Shown here: positions 38,541 through 53,900 of the stretch, in pieces
How positions within the stretch are numbered: position 1 is the stretch's first letter
Layout: every line of letters starts with the position of its first letter
Assembly (NCBI GenBank): GCA_026770705.1
Contig: JANJGN010000021.1
Location: forward strand, 90,458,001-90,522,000
Length of the DNA: 64,000 nt
DNA from: Isurus oxyrinchus
Lineage: Eukaryota
Reading direction: 5' to 3'
Position numbers and translations under genes: made by a program
Notes under the pieces: model-generated
What the model was told of the DNA's origin: nothing
Database searches by the model: none
Seen by the model: only the letters and a program-made list of their open reading frames with translations

Positions 38541-41500
38541 TGTGTCGTGTGAGAGGGTGTGGTCTTTTCTTGACGGGTTGTCAGTGGAAAGTCAGCTCAT
38601 GTTAGAGAGGTTGTCTAGAGGTCATGGTCGGTTGGGTCGGGTCCAAGATTTGTTGAACAATCAGGTAGGCGAGTTTGGTCGTGTGCATTCTGGAGACGCT
38701 GATTGATTGTGCTGGACCAGTGCTTGGGTGGCAGTGAGATCGGGTTGGGATTAGTTGAGGAAAATTCTTTGCCGGTTGGCATCATACCTGGCACAAAGGA
38801 ACATGGCTGGAGCTGCTGGAGGTTAATCATCTCAGGTCCAATACATCCCCACAGAAGCTGCTAAGGGAAGTGCCCTCGGACGCACCATTTTCAACTTCTT
38901 CGTCAATGATCTTCCTTAGATCATAGATTTGGAAGGGGCGATGATCGCTGTTGATTGCACAATGTTAAAAAGCATTCGTGCCATCTTAGATACTGAAGCA
39001 GCCCATGTGTACACGCAGTAAAATATTGACCATGTAGAGTTGGTCTGATATATGGCAATTAACATTCGTGCTACATAAGTGTCCGGCATTGGCCATTTCT
39101 AACAAAAGGAAATGGAACCATCGCTCAATGGCATTCAGTGCTGTTACCCTTACTGAACCTTGCACAATCAACATCTTGGAGGTTCTCATTGAACGTAAAC
39201 TTCACTGGACTAGCCATATTCATACTGCGGCTACAAGGGCAGGACTGAGGCTCGCAATGCTGCGATGCTTAACTCATCTCCTGACTCCCGACATACTGTG
39301 CACTCTCTGCAAGTCACAAGTCGGCAGTGTGATGGAATACTGTGCATTTGCATGGTTGAGTGAAGCTCTAGCAATGTGCAAGAAGATTGTCACCATCCAG
39401 GACACAGCAACATGCTTGACTGTGACACTATCCACAAACATTCACTCCTTCCACCGCCGACAAACAGTGGCAGCATTGTGCACCGTCAACACCGTGCACC
39501 ACAGGATCGAACCAAGCATCCTTAGATAATATTTTCCAAACGCAAAATCTCTCACACCGAGAAAGACAAATGCAACAGACGCATGGGAACAGCAACACCT
39601 GGAATTCCCATCCAAGCCACTCACCATCACGGCGTGGAAATATATTACCGTCCCTTCAGTGTTGATAGTTCAAAATCCTGGAACTCACTACCTAATTGCA
39701 TCGTGGCTGATTCTACACCACATTTAATTCATCGGCACAGAAGGCAGCTCACAAACATCTTCTCAAAGGCAACTAGCAATGGCCAGTAAATGTTGACCTA
39801 GCCAGCGAACATCACATCCCATGAATTAATAAATAAATGCATAATTATTAACATATTTAAGTGAAGTTGTGCATGAATTATTAGGTCGGGAGAAAGCAAT
39901 AAAATACACCATTTTAAAAAATCAAAAGGCAATTTTCAATCCATGCAAAAACTCTTGCACGTAATGTGCAGCCGGGACAAATTTAAATAACAGCATCAGC
40001 TTCTTGCGAATGCAAGGCTGTTGTGGCATCTTAACTGGAACGAGAAACAGCGATAACATGCCAAGCCCAATTTGACTCTTTGGCAAAACACTATGGACTG
40101 ATATTGGACTTGAGGCATTAACTCAGTTTCTCTATCCACAGATGCTGCCAATACTGCTGACTTTTTCCATCACTTTTTTATTATTTCGAATCTCCATCAA
40201 TTGAAACACTGTGCTTTTATTTTACGTTCAATGTTAATTGGTGTCGTTCATATGAAATTGATTAAATCGTATGGGTGGAACCTTATGCCTTTCTCAAGGT
40301 TTGATATGCAATTTAATTATAACTAAGGATTTTTTAAAATCATTCCAAAGCTTAAAATTGTCCCCAGCATGCAACAGTGGGTGCACGTCAAACTTATTGG
40401 GACTTATACTGATGCTATAGAAATGAATTCTAAGAAATAAGGAAATAATCCCGACCTATCCATTCTAACCAAACTGATTCTTATGCACATGCTGCTGCTC
40501 GGAAAATCCTAGATGTGTAAGTGCAGGATAATGTATTTTGCCACAATTGATACATCCGTATATTCACGGTGCATGCACAAATAACTCGTTCCATCTGAAA
40601 TGCATATGTCTCCCAACCCTCACCCAACAACCATTCTGCTTATTGTCAGTGCTTTCCTCTTTGCAGAGTAACTCTGGTTCATACTAATCATGCCTTGGCA
40701 AAGTTGATATCGTTCCAATCCAGAATGAAATGTGAACTCAAGGGGAAGTTGTGGCTGTTATGTTCTAATATGTCTGCTGCCATTATCCTTCTAGATAGGT
40801 GCAGTTGCAAGAGGCTTGGCGAGATGTATCTGTGCATCTTCCATTGTGGACGTACTGCTGTCATAGGGCATCGTTGGTGTAGGGAATGAATGCTTTATGG
40901 GGTTGAAGGACCTCCTGCCATGTCTGCTGCATGGTCCCGGAGCATGAGCTCATTCGGTTTCCTTCTTACTTGATATTTAGTTCCGCGCATGACGCTTGCG
41001 CAGAATGGCAGTCCTGTACAGAGCAATGCGACCTGGGTCAGTAAAGCTGTTCCCCAGCTCATTATGGTGATCGGCATTGCAACCCTTTACCCAGATTGCA
41101 TTATGTCACTTTGCTACCCTGAGTGTTTCTTCCAAATGGTGTTAAGCATGGAATATATGTTATTCCTCAGCTGACGGAGGCAATACGTGGTAATTCGAAG
41201 GTTCCCTGCATTTGTTTTACCTCCTGCTTTGGAACTTCATGGGCTCTATAGTAAAAGTTTGTGGAATCCGGAGTAAATCCCTCTGAACTGCATATTTCTA
41301 AGGCACCACCAATGATGACTCGGTGCAGTCATTGGTGACAGCATGTAACCAATTTGCTGAGGCAGGTTTCTTGAACATTAGCTGTAAGTTATAATTCAGT
41401 GAGTTTGATTTTGTAAAGATGTTGCTTGGCTTGTCTGTGAAACAGCACTCACATAATTGGCACAAGCCCCAGTTGTTCATAAGGAAGAATATGCAATTTC

Positions 41501-41905
41501 GGTGGTTGCATTATCGCCTGTTGTTTTTCCAGTATGATTCACTTTCGAAATTTCTGTAACAGTCCTATTCAACACAAGCTTTATCACACCTTTTCGTCAG
41601 AAGAACAGCAATACCTGGCAATTTGGAAACAAAAATAAGCAAAAATAACAAGAATAAGTGGGTATGACAAAATTTTGGCTAAAGGTTAAAGGTACTCTGG
41701 CAGCTCTTATTTTCGTCATTCTGTCACCCGTTCACTGTTTATACACCACTCATATTTTCCAATTTGCTAACACCAAAGATTAATTCTTGATTTTAATTTA
41801 CTTGGTGCTCCAATTCAATAACTTATGAAATGGTTTCCCATTTCGGAATATTGTACATTTACTCAAAATTGACATGAGTTTCGATCTTTTCCTCTCGTTC
41901 TGCAG

Positions 41906-41929
41906 AAGAAAATACGGAAAAAAATGCAG
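41906..41929 (+). CDS. 24-nt micro-exon A
   Basis: ctctcgttctgcag|AAGAAAATACGGAAAAAAATGCAG|gtaatt; intact in all three units (1542, 21248). Confidence 0.6.
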
Positions 41930-44900
41930 GTAATTGGATTTATGAAATAATGGAAACATATTAATTTCCTTTTCTCCTTTGTTTCATTATAAAAAGTTAG
42001 AACGTTAAACTTTCGACTGACCAGATATTCACACATGAAAACTGTATTTACAGTCATTTCTAGATTTCCTTCATTTACACTGTTACGAAAAATGCTTTCG
42101 AAGCAATTATTGATCTTCCCCCACTAAATGAAAGCAAAAATAATTGAGCCAAGTTTGGCATTAGCATTATTTATTCTTCTTTTTTCCTCTCAATTAATTC
42201 ATCAATATTCCCTGTCGCTCGTCATTCTTCGAAGTCAGCGGGATTAAATATGATGAGTCGTAGCAATTTCGAGTAAGCCAAATTTAAGGATACTGGCATG
42301 AAATAAGATGCTGACGGATTGATAGAATGATTTGTTTGGTTGGTTTTATTTGAGGAACAATATTATATATGCCTCCATATTTTTTATATTTTATAGATCT
42401 CCAAATTATCTGAACGTGGTAGTGAGGAATTCATGAGAAACACATAAGTTATAGAGCAGTGCTTGTTCTTTCATTCACTTAGTTCGGGGAAATATAACAT
42501 GAATTAATTGAAGGGGAATTACTTTTAACTCCAGGTAGTCAGTGCCATCAAGCACGTTAACAGTTAAGGGTTAACAGATGAACTTTGCAAACCCTTAGAG
42601 CCTGCAATCACCAGAAAGACGCTGGGAACTAGACTGGAGACAGAGGATGGAAGGAATATAGACTATGTTTCCTGGGAACCAGACTGGAGACAAACATTGA
42701 AAATAATATAAATTAACTGTACACTTCAATAGATAAGGAAAGGCCAGTTTGATTGGGCGAGAAAGATTTATATATGTGTAAGGGAATATATGTTCCTATA
42801 TTTGAACAACATAGGAATCTGAACAATGTTCTTAGACGTGACGGGATTATTTAAATATACCGAATACTTGTAATTTAGCAGATTGTAACGTCAAGCTGCT
42901 TTGAAGTGGTTCTGTCCTTGCAATTACTCGATTAAACGATCATAACCTGTACCTGAGCCTCCTGCGGTTCGTTCATCAAGTATATCCATGACGACTGTTT
43001 CAATTGTCCTTCAGTCTAATTTTGTTTCTCGGAAATCTTCCCTTATCTCAATTACGTACTATCTTGCAAACGTCGGATGTCATCTATAAATGCACCTTTC
43101 TCGCATTCTTCTTAGATGCATGCAGACAAAGCATGGAGGAATAGCGCAACCAGCTTGATACGCATGCCTTTATTATTAGTTGCAGTGTATGCAATCAAAG
43201 AGGGTAAGATGGATATATGTGGTAAGCTGAGATTTTTCTCTTATTTGTCTACGTTCTAACCATCACCAACAATTATGAAAATACATATATGTTGAAAGTG
43301 ACTATGAGGTACATAGTATTTAATGTCAACTCTGAGATACAAGCCTCAACACCATATAGAAACTTTGATTGTTAGTCGAAATGCAGAAATTGCATTTATT
43401 TTAAACTGAATCGAATATACATTTGGTCAATTGTGTTTTTGTTATATTTCAGAGAATATTATCCTGCGGGAACAGCTTGGTAAAGTGATAATTTGAATAA
43501 AGCAATTATGCAACATATGAAGCATTGCTACCCACTTTTGTAATTATTGAAGTCACTGCCTTCTTTAAACATTCGCTTTGTAATAACAGTGATTAAATTG
43601 AAGGATACAAAAAAAAATGACTTTTCTGAAATCTGCCGGAATAGCCCTCGAAATCGACTTGCTTATTAGAAAATGTTGATTAAATTCCACTCGTTTTCAG
43701 AAATTAATATTTACGGTCTTCATACACTGATCATGTATCCATCCTAGTGTGCCAGCAAGCGCAGAAATCCACCTTATTACCAGGCCTTGAATGTTTTGAG
43801 GTTTCCCCAATAAGAAGAATGCAGGGCAAATAAGGAAAATTCTGACGAAACAAGAAATATAATTTATGTTTTTGTTTTGATGCTTCAGTACATTAGCGTG
43901 AGTTGGGAATGTTTAGCATAACAAAAACCATCTGCTTCCATGAAGACGATTACTGCCCTTCGAGGATTTTCCCTAAACAAATGAAACATCTGGGACTTTA
44001 GTTGCCTATTTGCGGTCTAATTATTTATGTTTTTGTTGTCGTGGTAAATGTACACTTTTGCAAAAATCTATGCATCCAATCGCATTGGGTAAAAGAAAAT
44101 GCTGGCATATACCATTCAATCTAAGCACCTGCCATGGTCTAATATCATCGGAAAAGTAGGTGCTAAAAATGACAACTGGTAGAACTTGATATGTGTTGGA
44201 CCAGGTTTTGCTGCTCGACAGCTTAAGGCCAGACTGCCAGTTTAGGGGTAATGTGAGATGCTAGTAAGCTGAATAGCTGTTGGCCCTTTGAATATATGAC
44301 TGAGCAGCGTAACGGCTGTTAAAATTCCCCTTTGGCAAAATTGGCACGTTTTCTTGACAGAACCTGCTGAGATTTTGTTCACAAAACAACCCATACTAAG
44401 AAAACATAAAATCCTATTTTAATTTAGTATAAATTAGAGCCTCTCGAGGAAGCAGTAGGAGTAAAAATGGGCCGTGGCGAAACGGTTTTCGTCGGGATTG
44501 CGATGTTGTCCACCCATTTCACTGCAAACTTCAACCAGCTTTAAGGAATTGGTTTACCACCTGTCTTGGCGCCGGTTTCCCTGTGTCTCAACCTGATTGT
44601 GGTCGAGGTGTGGACCACTGTGTGAACTTTCTGCTAATTCCAGATCATCTTTGTTGGAAGGTGCATCACAATATATCTTATCTTTTCCAGTAAGGCGCGT
44701 GTGTGTGTCTATCTGTGTATGTGTCTGCATGTGGTTCCTGACTGTGCTAAACATGGGGGTAGCGGTGAGCAGAAAATGAACGTTATTTCCCTATTCCCAC
44801 ATGCCCTTATTAAAATAGAGTTGAGAGATGAACGGACTCACGGATACTGGTAGAATTTTGTAAACTGTGTTTAAATATGGCAACGTTAATCTTTATGTTT

Positions 44901-47900
44901 GGTTACATTTCCACTACTGTAACTAACCCGTATCGCAGAAGGAGGAAGGACGTTTGATTTAATTGATAATTACTTTCACAAATTGTTCATTTTCATCCCA
45001 AAGTGTTTCTTACAATCTGTTCCAGTAAGTGAAGCAAAGTGATACAGTTAAAATTTGCACCATGTTATAGACATGAGGATGCAGAGCAGTGTACGCACAG
45101 AAGTATTCCATCAACTCATGAGCATCGCCATTATGCCATTATATAAAGCAGCGAAATTTATAACATAACATTACTTTGTGTTTCAAGTTTTATGTCAGCT
45201 GTAAAGCATGCTTCCGCGAATCAATTAAATGGAAATTATGAAAGTTTGAAGCATTATGTTTGCTAAATTTAACTAATGATATGGCAACAATCTGATTCAC
45301 CTGCAAACATAAATAACTGGATGCTCAATTTGTGCTTTGCTTTGGTATGTTTCACCAGCTGAAAAGACGCAGCAAATCGCAGGTAATCGGCAAAAAGATG
45401 TTTGTGTATCCAAATTAAGAGGCGAAAAACACCCGGCATATTTTCTAAACACCATATATGTTTCCCTGCTCCTTTCTCATGTATCCATGATTTGGTATGC
45501 TGAAGAACAGCAGTTACCCTGTTCATACGAAGTAAGTCGCTTTCCTAGTTTAGGATTGCACGTTTTCCTCTTCAACCCTGAATCAAACTATTTCAAGTAT
45601 TCTATTAAAGGAAGAAACATGGAAAATCTTCCTGAGCCTCATGCATTCTGATGGATTGCGACTTGGAGAAAGCCAGCTTTCCTTCGCCGTTGCCCTGCGA
45701 ACAAAGCTACTTAATCCTGGAAGGGCCATGAACATTGGAAGAGCAAACAATTATTAAACTCAAACAGTACTGACGTTTTAAATATTATATTTGCCTTATC
45801 ATGTTCTTTAAACTGTTATAAAAACTCGAAATAACAAGGACGACGCAGTTTTTCATCATGTGAAACCAAATAATAGTACTTTACGCTGAAAAGTTCTGAT
45901 TTCCAATATTGTTGAGTTGATGTATGATCATTTATTATGCAAAGTACAGCTCAGCTAAAATGCAAGTTATCACTACTCTTTAAATTGGTCAACTCCTTCT
46001 CCTCATTTTTACGTAAATGTTTTTTTTTCATTTAGTGCAACAACAAGTCATGAAATGGCCTTTTAAATTATTAAGAACATAACACTTTAAGAAAACTCCT
46101 TTGTTCTCAGATTTAGAGGAAATACAAGCATCTTCGAGTAAGAATGAGATATTTTCAGATTGTATCTGATATCGCAAGTTACATAGATTATTCAGAACAT
46201 TGATCGTAGCGATTTATGCCAGATACTTACAATTACTCTTCTTTATCTATTTGCGTCACAGCAATCAAAAGAGAACAGCCTTCAAAGTTGAGCCTGTACT
46301 CTGTAGGATTTTAGAAAACGTAATTGTGTCTGGAATTCGCTACCAGAGGAGGTGGTGGAAGCAGGTATGAAAGTGGTGACAAATACACAAATAGGATGGG
46401 AATACAGGGATACGGACCCCGGAATTGCAAAATGTTTTACTTGTCGGGCACTATAATCGGCGCAGGCTTGGAGGGCCGAAGTGCCTGTTCCTGTGCTGTA
46501 CTTTTCTTTGTTCTTTGTTCCTTGTAATCTGGCTTATTTCAGTATAAACTACACAAGCCTCCAGTAACAAAATCTTTGGTTCATAGCTAAAAAAACTTGA
46601 CTTATTCTATGTAATAAATTAAGAATGTCATTTTTTCTCCCGTTTTTATGCATCAAGATGATTCATTACCCGTTTTCTGCATGTTTGGGGCGCACGATCG
46701 AATATTTTTCATGTTACATAATCAGAAAAAAGAAACTTTCAGAAATAGAGTGCAAGAACAGATTGCCTAGTGAGCAAGAAGTAGGCGAAATATAGAAAGC
46801 CTGATAAAACAATATATCAAGCGATACTCCAGTTAACATTTTCAGAAGCGTTGCAATTGAACTTTGCCGAGAACGCGAATAGGGAAATAACCTATAGACC
46901 GCTCGTGAAACGTCTCGTTTATTCCCATGCCAGTGGGCGACTGCTTGCTTAGAGCGCCATCTAAGGCAATGTTTTATTCTCTGCCAGTTAAATGGATTAC
47001 CCGTTTTATGTTGCAAAGGCAATTAATATGTCAAATTGATGTTTCCTGACGGATCAACTGCTGATGCAGAAATGTAAAATTCTAGAATGGAAGACAATCT
47101 AATTCTGAAAAATATTTTTGGCGCATTAAGGTGAAGGGGAAATTCTATGTGAAAAAAAGAATATTGCATTCTTATCAACTTGGCGCATTGCAAAAGTCCA
47201 TTGTGCCAAATGTTTTAAATTATTCCGATCGCTTTGCAGCCAGAACATCTCAAGTAACTGGAGGCATTTTTTTTTGTTTTAAACGCCCATAGTTACGAAG
47301 TATTCAATTTTATATAAACGTGAATAGAAATTACGGAAAAAAGTTGTCCTCATGATACCCAAAAAAATGAACACTCTTCTCTGGATAACGTTTCATAAGG
47401 CTTTCAAAAAGTGAAGCATAATTTTTCTCCCTTTCTATTCCATTCAAGTTGTGGTAAATATCAACATTATATTAACCGATAAGGTTATTGCTTTGCAGCT
47501 GTATAATCATATACTATCATCCATTCCTGGGATTTGAACATCGTTGGCAAGCCCAGCAAATATTGAAAAATGCTTATTCTCTTGCGAAGATTTTGGTGCC
47601 TCACAGTCATGAGTACTGCTGCAATCGAAAGAACCGGATTTAAAGCAACAATAATGGTCATGGTCGCACTTTAAAAATACATTTCGTTTTAACAATGAAA
47701 CCAAAATCATATAAACCTCAGATGAATTAAAAGGGAAATCAAAGTCAAGAGTAGCAATAAATTACAACTTAAATATCAGTTACAACAAAGGTAGATCTTA
47801 AGGACATACTAGGCTGTCCACTCAGCATGTATTACACCGATTTCAACTACAAGTTCCTTCAGAACTCTGACCCTCACTGATAGAACTTAAGGTCCTTTCC

Positions 47901-50900
47901 TACAAATCCTTGGCCATAAATTTTCAGCTGACAGGACCGCACCCTCAAACGTTATTTCACCAGTAAGGTCTTAAAAAAATGATGCATTCCTCTGCAACTT
48001 CTCATCTCTGACCAGGACGTCTCTGAGAAGGTCGTTACCATTTATAGTCGAAGCCTCATTGACAATCCTGACTAATCTTGCGCTATTGGTTCATTTGAAA
48101 TACTGAAATAGTGACAGTAACTTCTTTTCTCTCCTTGACATGCACTCCCATGCCTGGCCTTCCTGTTCATTTTTTGTTATATATATGATGCCACCACCTC
48201 TGCTCTTTCTTCTCGTCAGCTAGGTGTCACGCTATCGAACCCATACTTGAAGAGGAAAGTGTCGAAAATATCCCCCTGCACAGGGAAAACTATCTCGCTA
48301 CCATGGGGTTGCTAACAAAATATTTTTTGATTAAAATGCGCGCCCCTCTATGGCTCAGGTGCAAATCCTGAGGTTCCATCCTCCCGTAACCCTGCACTAC
48401 ATCCGCATTGCTGTCGCTGGGCCGAAGCCCTGGAACTCCTTCGTTAACAGCACTGTGGATGTACCTACACCACATGTACTGCAGCTGTTAAAGAAGTCAG
48501 CTCACCACCACTTTTCAAGGGCAGTAAGGGACAGTCAATAAAAGCTGTCTCAGCCAACATCTCCAACATCCCATGAATGAACGAGAAATAAAATAGCAAT
48601 GGTACAAAAATGTATGCTGTTCTCATTTGGCAAACAGATTAAAAACTTTTCGACCAACACGTTTGGAAGGGTATGAGGAAAGCATTCTTTGATGCAACGT
48701 GTGGTGATGCCTTGGAAGCAGATTCCAACCGCGGTTGCCCCATTTGAGGTCCATACAAGAGCAATTAATGGATGAGGCGGGGAGTGGGCACTGGGGGCTC
48801 GATCAACTTTTGACACCCTTCCGGCCTGCCGAAGAACCGGGCCACTCTGGTATTGCTCCTTGCCTGGCGTCGAACCAAATTTACAGACCACTTCTCTGAC
48901 TTTTATAAAGAATGCAAATTAATTGTTCCCACTTAAAAGCAAAGCCTCTATGTTCTATGGCCATTATTGCCAGCAACACCATAATTCTTCCTGGCGATTG
49001 CATGAGGCTGAACGAGGCTATTCGGAAGTTTAATCTGACATTTGACATCCACTTGAGATTATAAACAGGAATCCTTGGCACTACTAAGGTGATGTTTTTC
49101 CAGCCCTGTTATCTCACGTGTCTTACCTTCTCCTTGGTTTATCTGATAATGAAACACTCATCTCTGCTAATGTCAACTCTTTAATTAGTTAATCCACCGC
49201 ACTTCACCTAGGGTCTATCTTCTCGAAGCTTGAAGGCATCAAAAGCCCGGCTTCCCTTTCTTGGTCACGCATCACCCCTGTGGTCCTTCGGCATATTGGA
49301 TCCCGTTTATACTGGACCACAAGTTAAAAATTCTAATTATTGTTTTCAAATCCCACAGTAGCCTCATTGCTCCCTAGTTGTTTAAACTGCTCAAGGTCTC
49401 ATTTTTTTCATCTTCTTTGATCTTAGCAGAGCTGGCCACTTGAACACCCGTCAGTATTAGCCCTGCCCCATTGCCGGCCTTGTCTTCAGTACCAAGACTT
49501 TGGCTTCTCTTCTTGAATTCTCGAGATTTTTACCTTTTCTCAGCTCTGTATCTGTCTCCTAAATAGCTCACTTTGTTAAATAAAGCTTTTGATTCTATGC
49601 ATTAATAGATCCTCCAATGACCTATTGTCACATCTGCTTTGATAATGTTCCCATGGAGAATCTTGTGACATTTTACTTACTCAAATGCACTGCCCAAACA
49701 AAAACTACTGTTAATATCGTTGCTATGATATGCTTATTCCAGTGTACATTTCTTTATTTTATACCAAGTGGGGTGACAGTTCTTCATTTCTGCCAGATCG
49801 ACTCTCACCACTAAAAGTTCTGGTATACCAATGTAGCTGGTATTTCAGGTTTTAATTCCTAATCAGGATGCATGAAAATAAGAAAGCTAATGTTTTAAAA
49901 ATGTATATTTATTTTGCTTACCTCTATCTCTCTTAATCTCATTTTTCTTAAATTTTCTTTATTACTATTGCATCTAACTAATTCCTAATTGATTAGAAAA
50001 AAGAAAGGTCTTTGTATTGAATTAATTACGGCAACTTGCACGATGTGGTTTATGGTATGTTTTGTTCAGATAGGGATCATCAATTCAGTTGGCAAATAGA
50101 TTAAAAATGACTTTCACGGATAATTAACATCCCAGATATCCTGTTAAGTACCAGGGCGTTTTGGCACTCAAGTCAACATCACAATAACCAATTATTTGTT
50201 CATTTTGACATTGGGCGCTTTCTGTGTTCAAAATTGAAGTCTGTGCTTTCTTCATTTCAAGAGTAGCTATTATTTAGATGCATATGTTTCGCTGGTTAGC
50301 GCTTTGAGAGCCAGGTGACCGTAAGTCGTTCGTTTTGTTCCGTAATGCAGTCAAAATTTTGTCAACAGTGCAGAGTAGTCTTCAGCCTTCAACAGGTGAA
50401 CATTGTTGTTCATTCCACCAACAACTAGAATTGTGCATAGTTGGAACGCCAAAGGAAAATGATGTATAATGTTGCATTTGAAAATTCATACACAATTCAA
50501 GAAAAACAACATTACTTTTGAACATTATCATTTTAAGTATAGGGCTCTACTAAAATTTAATCCAGCTACGTTTATTGAAGTGCGGTTAATAACATCAAGT
50601 AGCATAACGGTGTATCCAATTTGCTCACAAAATCTTTCCTAATATCAAGTGAGAGATACTCACCAGGTAATCATTGCTTCTGCAATGGGAGAGAAGTACC
50701 GCTTAAACTCTGAAAAACATCTAATCTGATCTTGTGCAACTTCTACCATCGAGTAGTCCACGTGCCCCGGAGCAGGAAGATGGAATCATAGTGTACAATT
50801 TCAGCAAAATAAAATGACACATTACATTAGCACTACATCATATTGCCATTACAGCATTTGCTATGGTCAGTCAGCAGGCCATCACTAGAACCGGGATATA

Positions 50901-53900
50901 ATTGTGAGTGGTGATACGTTCGGCAGAGTTACCTTACTAATCAGGACAATAGCAGTTTGATAATATCGGTTGTGCCACAGCTAGAGGTGGAACATGCCTC
51001 TGGTTCAGCTGGGCGAATAAAACTTGCTCAGCATCAAGCCACCGATAAAACGGAAGTTCTTTTGAACGAGCACAGACCCCTGTAACATTTTCCATTTATT
51101 CCAGCCGTGGATGCAGCGTTCTCGTTAATATGTGCGTGTGTGTGTCTGGCTAGTGTGGGTGGTGGGTAGTGGTGGTCCTTCAAATGGCGATAAACGAATT
51201 TGGCTATCCTGAGAACGACTGGACAGGCTGCCAAAGTCTTCTTGACATTCTCCTCAGTCTCTGGAAAAGGCTGACATGCCGGCGGCTGCTGGCGTTTTCT
51301 ATTATTGGCCACAGGACGTAAAGCATTAATTTGTCAGCCAGGATAATCTGTTTATGTAGATTGAATGGCTCTTCCTGAGGCATAAGTGAAGATGCTGCCA
51401 TCCAATTAAATCTGATGCGCTAATCCTGGTGTTTCTTTTCTAGTTTCATGGGATGTGAGAAACACTGGCAATGGAACATTTATTTCACAACCGCAATCAC
51501 TCTTGAGACACTGGTTGGAGCCGCATTCTCAAATGGTTGAAGTCCAGCTGCTGCACATACTACCACAGGGACTTTAGAACAGGATTTCCAGGAAATTGAT
51601 CCAGCATCAGGGAGAAAAGGTGATATGGCTCCAATTCAGGGTATCGAGGAGCTGGAAGAGAACTTGCAAGTGCTGCTCTTCTTAAGGGTCTGCTGCGGTT
51701 GTTGGTAAAGAACCTTGCTTTAGGAGGCCCTGTTGGGAGAGCCCTGGTGAGTTATGGAATTCAAATCGTATTTCACAAGCACTGCTGCCACTGAACGTTT
51801 GTGGTGGGTGGTTGTTTAACTTGATGGGTAGTTTGCCGATCATGCAGATTATTTTCTGTTGTTATTACTGAATACTGCGGAGCTTCATGAGACTTTTTGA
51901 AGCTGCATTCATTCATAAATTCATTCACTCAGGAGAGCATTCCTGCACGCTCCGGATATGTGCCTTGTTGTTGGCAGAAAGACATTTGGAGGGCAGGATG
52001 TGACTTAATCTCCTCAGAAGCTCCAGTCTCTGACCACCTACTATCTCTGCTGAATTTATATGAATGGTATTGTTCGGGTTCTGGCCAATTGCATAACACC
52101 AGTATGTTGGTGGTGAGGGTTAAGTGATAGCGATGCTTTCGGATGTCAAAGGAATGTGTTTACATTTCCTCTTGCAACCGACGTTATTTGACTGTCAATA
52201 CTGTGGCTTATATGTTATTTTCCAGCTTTCAGCCCAAGCTGGAATGCTGTCCAGGTGTTGTTGCACATGGACACGGATTGCCTAAATATCTGATGAGATG
52301 CGAATGGTATTGAACATTTTCCGATATTCGGCGAATATCCCTGAGAATAATTCATCTGCACATTCTCATGTTGTTGAGTAGTTGGTCATTTAACGGACTG
52401 TCAAACGGCAACCTGAATTACACCCGGGCTGCAGCTGAAAATCTGTTTCAAAAGTCTCCCTAACTAATTTTAGTATACAAATCTTTATTTTAGTTTCTCT
52501 ATTTAAGCGTAAATTGTCACATTGTGCGCTTGGAGAAAAATGATAAGTAGCTGATCAATGCATGCACTGTCAGTGCCTCAGGGTACTGTCCTCGGCCTTC
52601 CTTCCATCATAATGCCAGGAGTGGGGATGTTGGCTGATGATTGCACAATATTCAGCACCTTTGGCGACTCTTCAGATACTGAAGCAGTTCATGTCGAAAT
52701 GCAGCAAGACCTACACAATATCCAGCCTTGGCCTGACAAGTAGCAAGTATTATTTGTGTCACACAAGTGTCAGACAATGACCTTCTCTACCAAAATACCA
52801 TCTAACCAAAGCCCCTTGAAGTTCAATGGCATTACTATTACTGTATACACCAATATCAACATCCTGGGAGTAACCGTTGACCAGAAGCTGAACTGCACTA
52901 GCCAAATAAATACAATGGTTACAAGAGCATGTCTGGGGCTAAGATTCCTGCGGCGTGCAACTCGTCTCCTGCCTCGCCAAAACCTGTCTCCCATCTACAA
53001 GGCACTAATCAGGACTGAGATGAAATACTTCTCAGTTGCCTTGATGAGTGCAGCTCCAAAAGCACCCACGAATGTTGACACTATCCAGGGCAAAGCAGCC
53101 CACTAGATTGGTACCACACCAGGAAACATTCACAGCCACCCATACCGGCACACAGTAGCAGCAGCGTTTATCATGCAGAAGATGCATTGCAAGAAGAATC
53201 CAAGGCTCCTTGGATAGCACTTTCAAAATTCATGACCACGACCATCCAGAAGAACAAGGGCAGCATATAGATAGGAACACCCCCACCTAAAATTCTACCC
53301 CCAGTTAATCAACATCCTGACTTGTAAACATATCGCCGGTCCTTCACTGTCGCTGGCTCAATATCCAGGAACTTCTTTCTCACAGTGCTGGTGGTGTACT
53401 TGCACCACAGCGGTTCAAGAAGGCAGCTCATGACCAACTCCTCAGGGAAAACTATGGATTGGCAACAAATGCTGGACGAGCTAGCGTAGCCCACGTCCTG
53501 TGACTGAATTCTTTTAAAGAATACTATATTCGTTTATAAATCCAGGCACTCATCTGCCACGTACCAACTTCTCACAGGAAGTAACCTAAAAATATCAGCT
53601 ATCAGTACTTTGTTTTAAGCTTAACCTTTCCTGTTCGTCCGAAATTCGTTGAGACAAGCAGGAAATATAATGGATGCAGTTCCACTCTCTGCTGTTGTAT
53701 AATATCTGTTTTTGCTCTCTTTCAGACGATGGAAATCTCCAGGCCAAATTTAGTAAAGTATAACTCTGCTAGTTCTTTCTTTCTGCATTCACAACACAAT
53801 TAACTTTAGTTGTGTAAAGCTCTAATTGTCCACCCTGAGACAATACCAATAGAAATGAAACCCATGATAAATTGTCAGTTAAGTGCACTGAGAGATGCTA

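Larger units (their letters stand above)
20926..41584. repeat. Unit 2 of the tandem duplication
   Basis: Collinear with units 1 and 3. Lacks the equivalents of ~6530-7560 and ~8630-11500, and has a private Penelope insertion at 35243-35808. Confidence 0.92.
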
